Below, piece by piece: positions 60,552 through 64,000 of a stretch of DNA of 64,000 nucleotides. Position 1 is the first letter of the stretch. The number at the start of each line of letters is the position of its first letter. The position numbers were made by a program, and so were the translations under genes. The notes beneath the pieces were generated by a model. It ran no database searches and was not told the DNA's origin. It was given only the letters and a program-made list of their open reading frames with translations. Source of the stretch: Candidatus Omnitrophota bacterium. Its GTDB lineage: Bacteria; Omnitrophota; Gorgyraeia; Gygaellales; Profunditerraquicolaceae. The DNA is taken from the NCBI GenBank assembly GCA_022710715.1, contig JAKLGJ010000001.1, forward strand, positions 106,041 through 170,040. The letters are read 5' to 3'.

Positions 60552-61622
60552 ATGTTACCCAATAACAGGATACTGCTGCTGATCCACAATGAAGATGTGC
60601 TGCGGTATTTGCGCGAACAGCTGATCATCGAGGGAGGGTATTCCATCGTTTTCTCCACCTCGAGCGAAGAGGGATTGAATCTTTTTCGCCAGGAATCTTT
60701 TGATCTGGTTATCGCCGGCGTGGACATGCCGGGATTCGAAGGCCCCCGGATCGTCAAGGAGCTCAAGCTGCTTGATTCCAACTGCGTGGTCATCCTTTTC
60801 CTGGAAAAACTTGATTATGAGCTTCTGGAACAGGCGAAAGTCCTGGGTATCTATGACTACATCACCAAGCCGATCAACGCGGAAAAACTTTTTTTCCTTT
60901 TGCAGAAAGGTATCGAGCGCCACGGCCTCCTGGTCACCCAGAACCGGTTGATCGCGATTCTCAAGGAGCAGAATACTTCCCTGCAGAAGCAGAATGTGCT
61001 TCTGGCCAAGCGCATCGAAGAGTCCACCCGCAACCTCTCCAAACTCTATGAGGATCTGCGTTCGGTATACATGCGTACGATCAGGGTGCTGGCCCAGGCG
61101 ATCGACGCCCGCGATCATTATACCCACGACCATTCGGAAAAAGTTTCCCGTTATTCCGTGGCCATCGGCAAGCAACTGGGGTTGACCCTCAAGGAGATAG
61201 AGATGCTCCGGGATGCCGCGGAATTGCACGATCTGGGCAAGATCGGCATCGAAGACAATATATTGAGTAAACCTTCCGGCCTCACCCCCCAGGAATGGGA
61301 GCAGGTCAAGCTCCATCCGGAGATGGGCGCGCAGATACTCGAGCCGTTGACGTTTTTAAGCGACGTGATCGAGCTGGTCCGTCAGCATCACGAGCATTTC
61401 GACGGCCGCGGCTACCCGGCAGGCAAGAGGGGGGAAGAGATACTCCTGGGAGCACGGATCATTCATCTGGCTGATGCTTATGAGGCGATGACCGCCGCCC
61501 GTTCGTACAGGAAGGTTCCCCTGACCAAAGAAGAAGCGGTCGCCGAAATCAACCGGAACGCCAATACGCAGTTCGATCCGCATGTCGTAGAGGCGTTCCT
61601 AAAGGTGGTGGATGAGCTATGA
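60552..61622 (+). CDS. response regulator with HD-GYP c-di-GMP phosphodiesterase domain (RpfG-like)
   Basis: N-terminal receiver (phospho-acceptor Asp in DLVIAGVDMPG; the acidic pocket is NED rather than DD). HD-GYP signatures H...HDLGKIG and HHEHFDGRGYP. Confidence 0.85.
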   Translation: MLPNNRILLLIHNEDVLRYLREQLIIEGGYSIVFSTSSEEGLNLFRQESFDLVIAGVDMPGFEGPRIVKELKLLDSNCVVILFLEKLDYELLEQAKVLGIYDYITKPINAEKLFFLLQKGIERHGLLVTQNRLIAILKEQNTSLQKQNVLLAKRIEESTRNLSKLYEDLRSVYMRTIRVLAQAIDARDHYTHDHSEKVSRYSVAIGKQLGLTLKEIEMLRDAAELHDLGKIGIEDNILSKPSGLTPQEWEQVKLHPEMGAQILEPLTFLSDVIELVRQHHEHFDGRGYPAGKRGEEILLGARIIHLADAYEAMTAARSYRKVPLTKEEAVAEINRNANTQFDPHVVEAFLKVVDEL

Positions 61623-62821
61623 GCGTATTCCAATATACGGCAAAAGATCATAACGGTCGTACGGTAATGGGCGTGGTGGATTCTCCTTCCGAGGCGGACG
61701 CGGTAAAAGTATTGCAGGGCAAGGCCTTCATCGTGGTTTCCATGAAACAGGTTAAGGCCAAGGCGTTCGCGCAGGCCGGCGGAAAGATCAAACTGGAGGA
61801 CCTGGTGGTTTTTTCCCGCCAGCTGGCTACCATGATCGATGCGGGTATCCCGCTGGTGCAGGCGTTGAGCATTCTTTCCGAGCAGGTTGACAATAAGGCG
61901 CTCAAAGACGTGGTTATGACCGTGCGTCAGGATATCGAAGCCGGCATGAGCTTCTGCGACGCTCTGGCCAAACATCCTACTGTTTTTTCCGAACTTTTCA
62001 TAAACATGAGCCGCGCCGGTGAGGCGTCCGGTATGCTCGATGAAGTTCTGGACCGTCTGGCTTCGTATCTGGAAAAAACCGCTTCCTTGCAGCGCAAAGT
62101 GCAGTCCAGCCTGGTGTATCCGGCGGTGGTCATTACCATGTCCATGCTGATTACCGCGGTGTTGTTGCTGAAAGTCGTGCCTACCTTTAAAGGTATCTTC
62201 GAAATGCTCGGCGGCCAGTTGCCTCTGCCGACCCAGATCCTGATCATGACCAGCGATATCCTGCGGAAGTATTTTCTCCTGGCCGTGGTGGCCATCGTGG
62301 TCGTGGCGATCCTGTTCAAGAAATATATCGGCACGCCCAGAGGCGCGTATAATTTCGACAATTTCAAATTGCGCGTACCGGTGCTGGGCGAGCTTTTCCA
62401 GAAGGTCGCGGTCGCCAAATTTTCGCGTACGTTCTCGACGCTGGTCAAGAGCGGCGTATCGGTGCTGGCCGCTCTGGACATCGTAGCCAAGACATCCGGT
62501 AACAAGGTGGTGGAAGAAGCTATCGCCAACGCGCGCGTCGCGGTGCGCGACGGCGAACCCATTGCCGCGCCTCTGACCAAGAGCAAGGTTTTTCCGCCCA
62601 TCGTTTGCCGCATGGTCGGGGTAGGGGAGCAGACCGGTCAGCTGGAAAAGATGCTTTCCAAGATCGCCGACTTCTATGACGATCAGGTCGACGCCGCGGT
62701 TTCCGGATTGACCAGCTTGATCGAACCCATGGTCATCGCGTTCCTGGGCGTGATCATCGGCGGTATCGTCATCGCGTTGTTTCTGCCGATCTTCAAGATC
62801 ACCGAGTTGATCGCGAAATAG
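61619..62821 (+). CDS. pilC: type IV pilus / T2SS inner-membrane platform protein PilC/GspF
   Basis: Two T2SSF repeats and 3 TM helices, 400 aa. Confidence 0.88.
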   Translation: MSVFQYTAKDHNGRTVMGVVDSPSEADAVKVLQGKAFIVVSMKQVKAKAFAQAGGKIKLEDLVVFSRQLATMIDAGIPLVQALSILSEQVDNKALKDVVMTVRQDIEAGMSFCDALAKHPTVFSELFINMSRAGEASGMLDEVLDRLASYLEKTASLQRKVQSSLVYPAVVITMSMLITAVLLLKVVPTFKGIFEMLGGQLPLPTQILIMTSDILRKYFLLAVVAIVVVAILFKKYIGTPRGAYNFDNFKLRVPVLGELFQKVAVAKFSRTFSTLVKSGVSVLAALDIVAKTSGNKVVEEAIANARVAVRDGEPIAAPLTKSKVFPPIVCRMVGVGEQTGQLEKMLSKIADFYDDQVDAAVSGLTSLIEPMVIAFLGVIIGGIVIALFLPIFKITELIAK

Positions 62822-62862
62822 TTTCGCGTTGCAAAATTTTTTGCAAAACCAAAAAATAGTTA

Positions 62863-63014
62863 TTGACAAAAACTGGAAACAGTGTATACTTCAATACACG
62901 CATAACTGAAGCATCCGCGTAGAGTTATTTCTCAACTAAGTTTTTTCTTGACAAAATCACCTTCCAGTGATATTATATTTTTTACCTTGACAAACCGCAA
63001 TCTTAAGGTATACT
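62863..63014 (+). promoter_or_regulatory. three tandem near-consensus sigma70 promoters with AT-rich UP-like region (rrn P1-P3)
   Basis: P1 TTGACA(62863)-16-TATACT(62885). P2 TTGACA(62948)-17-TATTAT(62971). P3 TTGACA(62987)-16-TATACT(63009). An A/T tract lies upstream of P1. Confidence 0.7.
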
Positions 63015-63106
63015 TATATCTCTGTGAACAAACCCCGCGGTATTGACAGTTTTGGTTAAGAAGCAACCAGCCTGACAGCAAGACGCTAAAGCAAAGTAAA
63101 TTTAGT

Positions 63107-63136
63107 AGGCGTCCTGGAAATGTCGGACGCCTTTTT
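63107..63136 (+). terminator. intrinsic-terminator-like hairpin in the rrn leader (8-bp GC stem + T5)
   Basis: AGGCGTCC-tggaaatgtc-GGACGCCT followed by TTTTT. Confidence 0.55.
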
Positions 63137-63213
63137 CATCTGTGCGCAGTTTTGCGCGGATATGAATGTCTGTCGGTGGACAGGCAATCAGAGACGATAT
63201 ATTTAAAGAACAT

Positions 63214-63226
63214 TGTTCTTTGACAA
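63214..63226 (+). promoter_or_regulatory. rrn antitermination boxA
   Basis: TGTTCTTTGACAA versus the E. coli boxA TGCTCTTTAACAA, ~100 nt upstream of the 16S 5' end. Small hairpins that could be boxB sit just 5' of it. Confidence 0.75.
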
Positions 63227-63326
63227 TTTAAATAGCCAAGCCAAAAATGGCCCCGATCACGAGAGTGATTGAGGATGAGTAGAGTTAATAAACAATAGAA
63301 TCCTGAGCCTTTATTATAACTTTCCA

Positions 63327-64000
<674 letters not shown>

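Noticed and set aside
63043-63075. A fourth TTGACA hexamer in the rrn leader (63043-63048) as an additional promoter
   Set aside because: No acceptable -10 hexamer at 15-19 nt spacing.

Overview
The window is a high-GC (~60%) bacterial chromosomal segment, probably from a diderm organism. Almost all of it is transcribed on the + strand; only thpR and pncC lie on the - strand. In order, it contains the 3' end of pnp, then ftsK, rodZ, rimO, pgsA and pgpA. Next comes an FMN-riboswitch-controlled riboflavin operon (ribBA-ribH-nusB-PHP-ribD-ribE), followed by tRNA-Pro(CGG), acyP, ligA, xerD, a CCA-adding enzyme, rbfA, nrnA and ribF. A complete dcw cell-wall/division cluster follows (mraZ, an OMP, rsmH, ftsL-like, ftsI, murE, murF, mraY, murD, ftsW, murG, murC, murB, ddl, ftsQ, ftsA), but there is no ftsZ after ftsA. 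After that come yggS, proC, mtnP, ileS, a dksA-like gene, lspA, rluD, aroA, and the elongasome (mreBCD-mrdA-rodA). A repeat-rich spacer and a ~640-bp AT-rich islet encoding a small membrane protein sit just upstream of a B12-binding-type radical SAM gene. The last coding block is a type IV pilus/T2SS-like module with a c-di-GMP flavour: a standalone MshEN-like domain, two PilB ATPases, an HD-GYP response regulator and PilC. The window ends with an rRNA operon leader (tandem consensus promoters, a terminator-like hairpin, boxA) and the 5' ~670 nt of a 16S rRNA with PVC-superphylum-like signatures. The most interesting candidates are the AT-rich islet next to the radical SAM gene, the c-di-GMP-linked pilus ATPase module, the ftsZ-less dcw cluster carrying an embedded porin gene, and several structured or repetitive non-coding elements.
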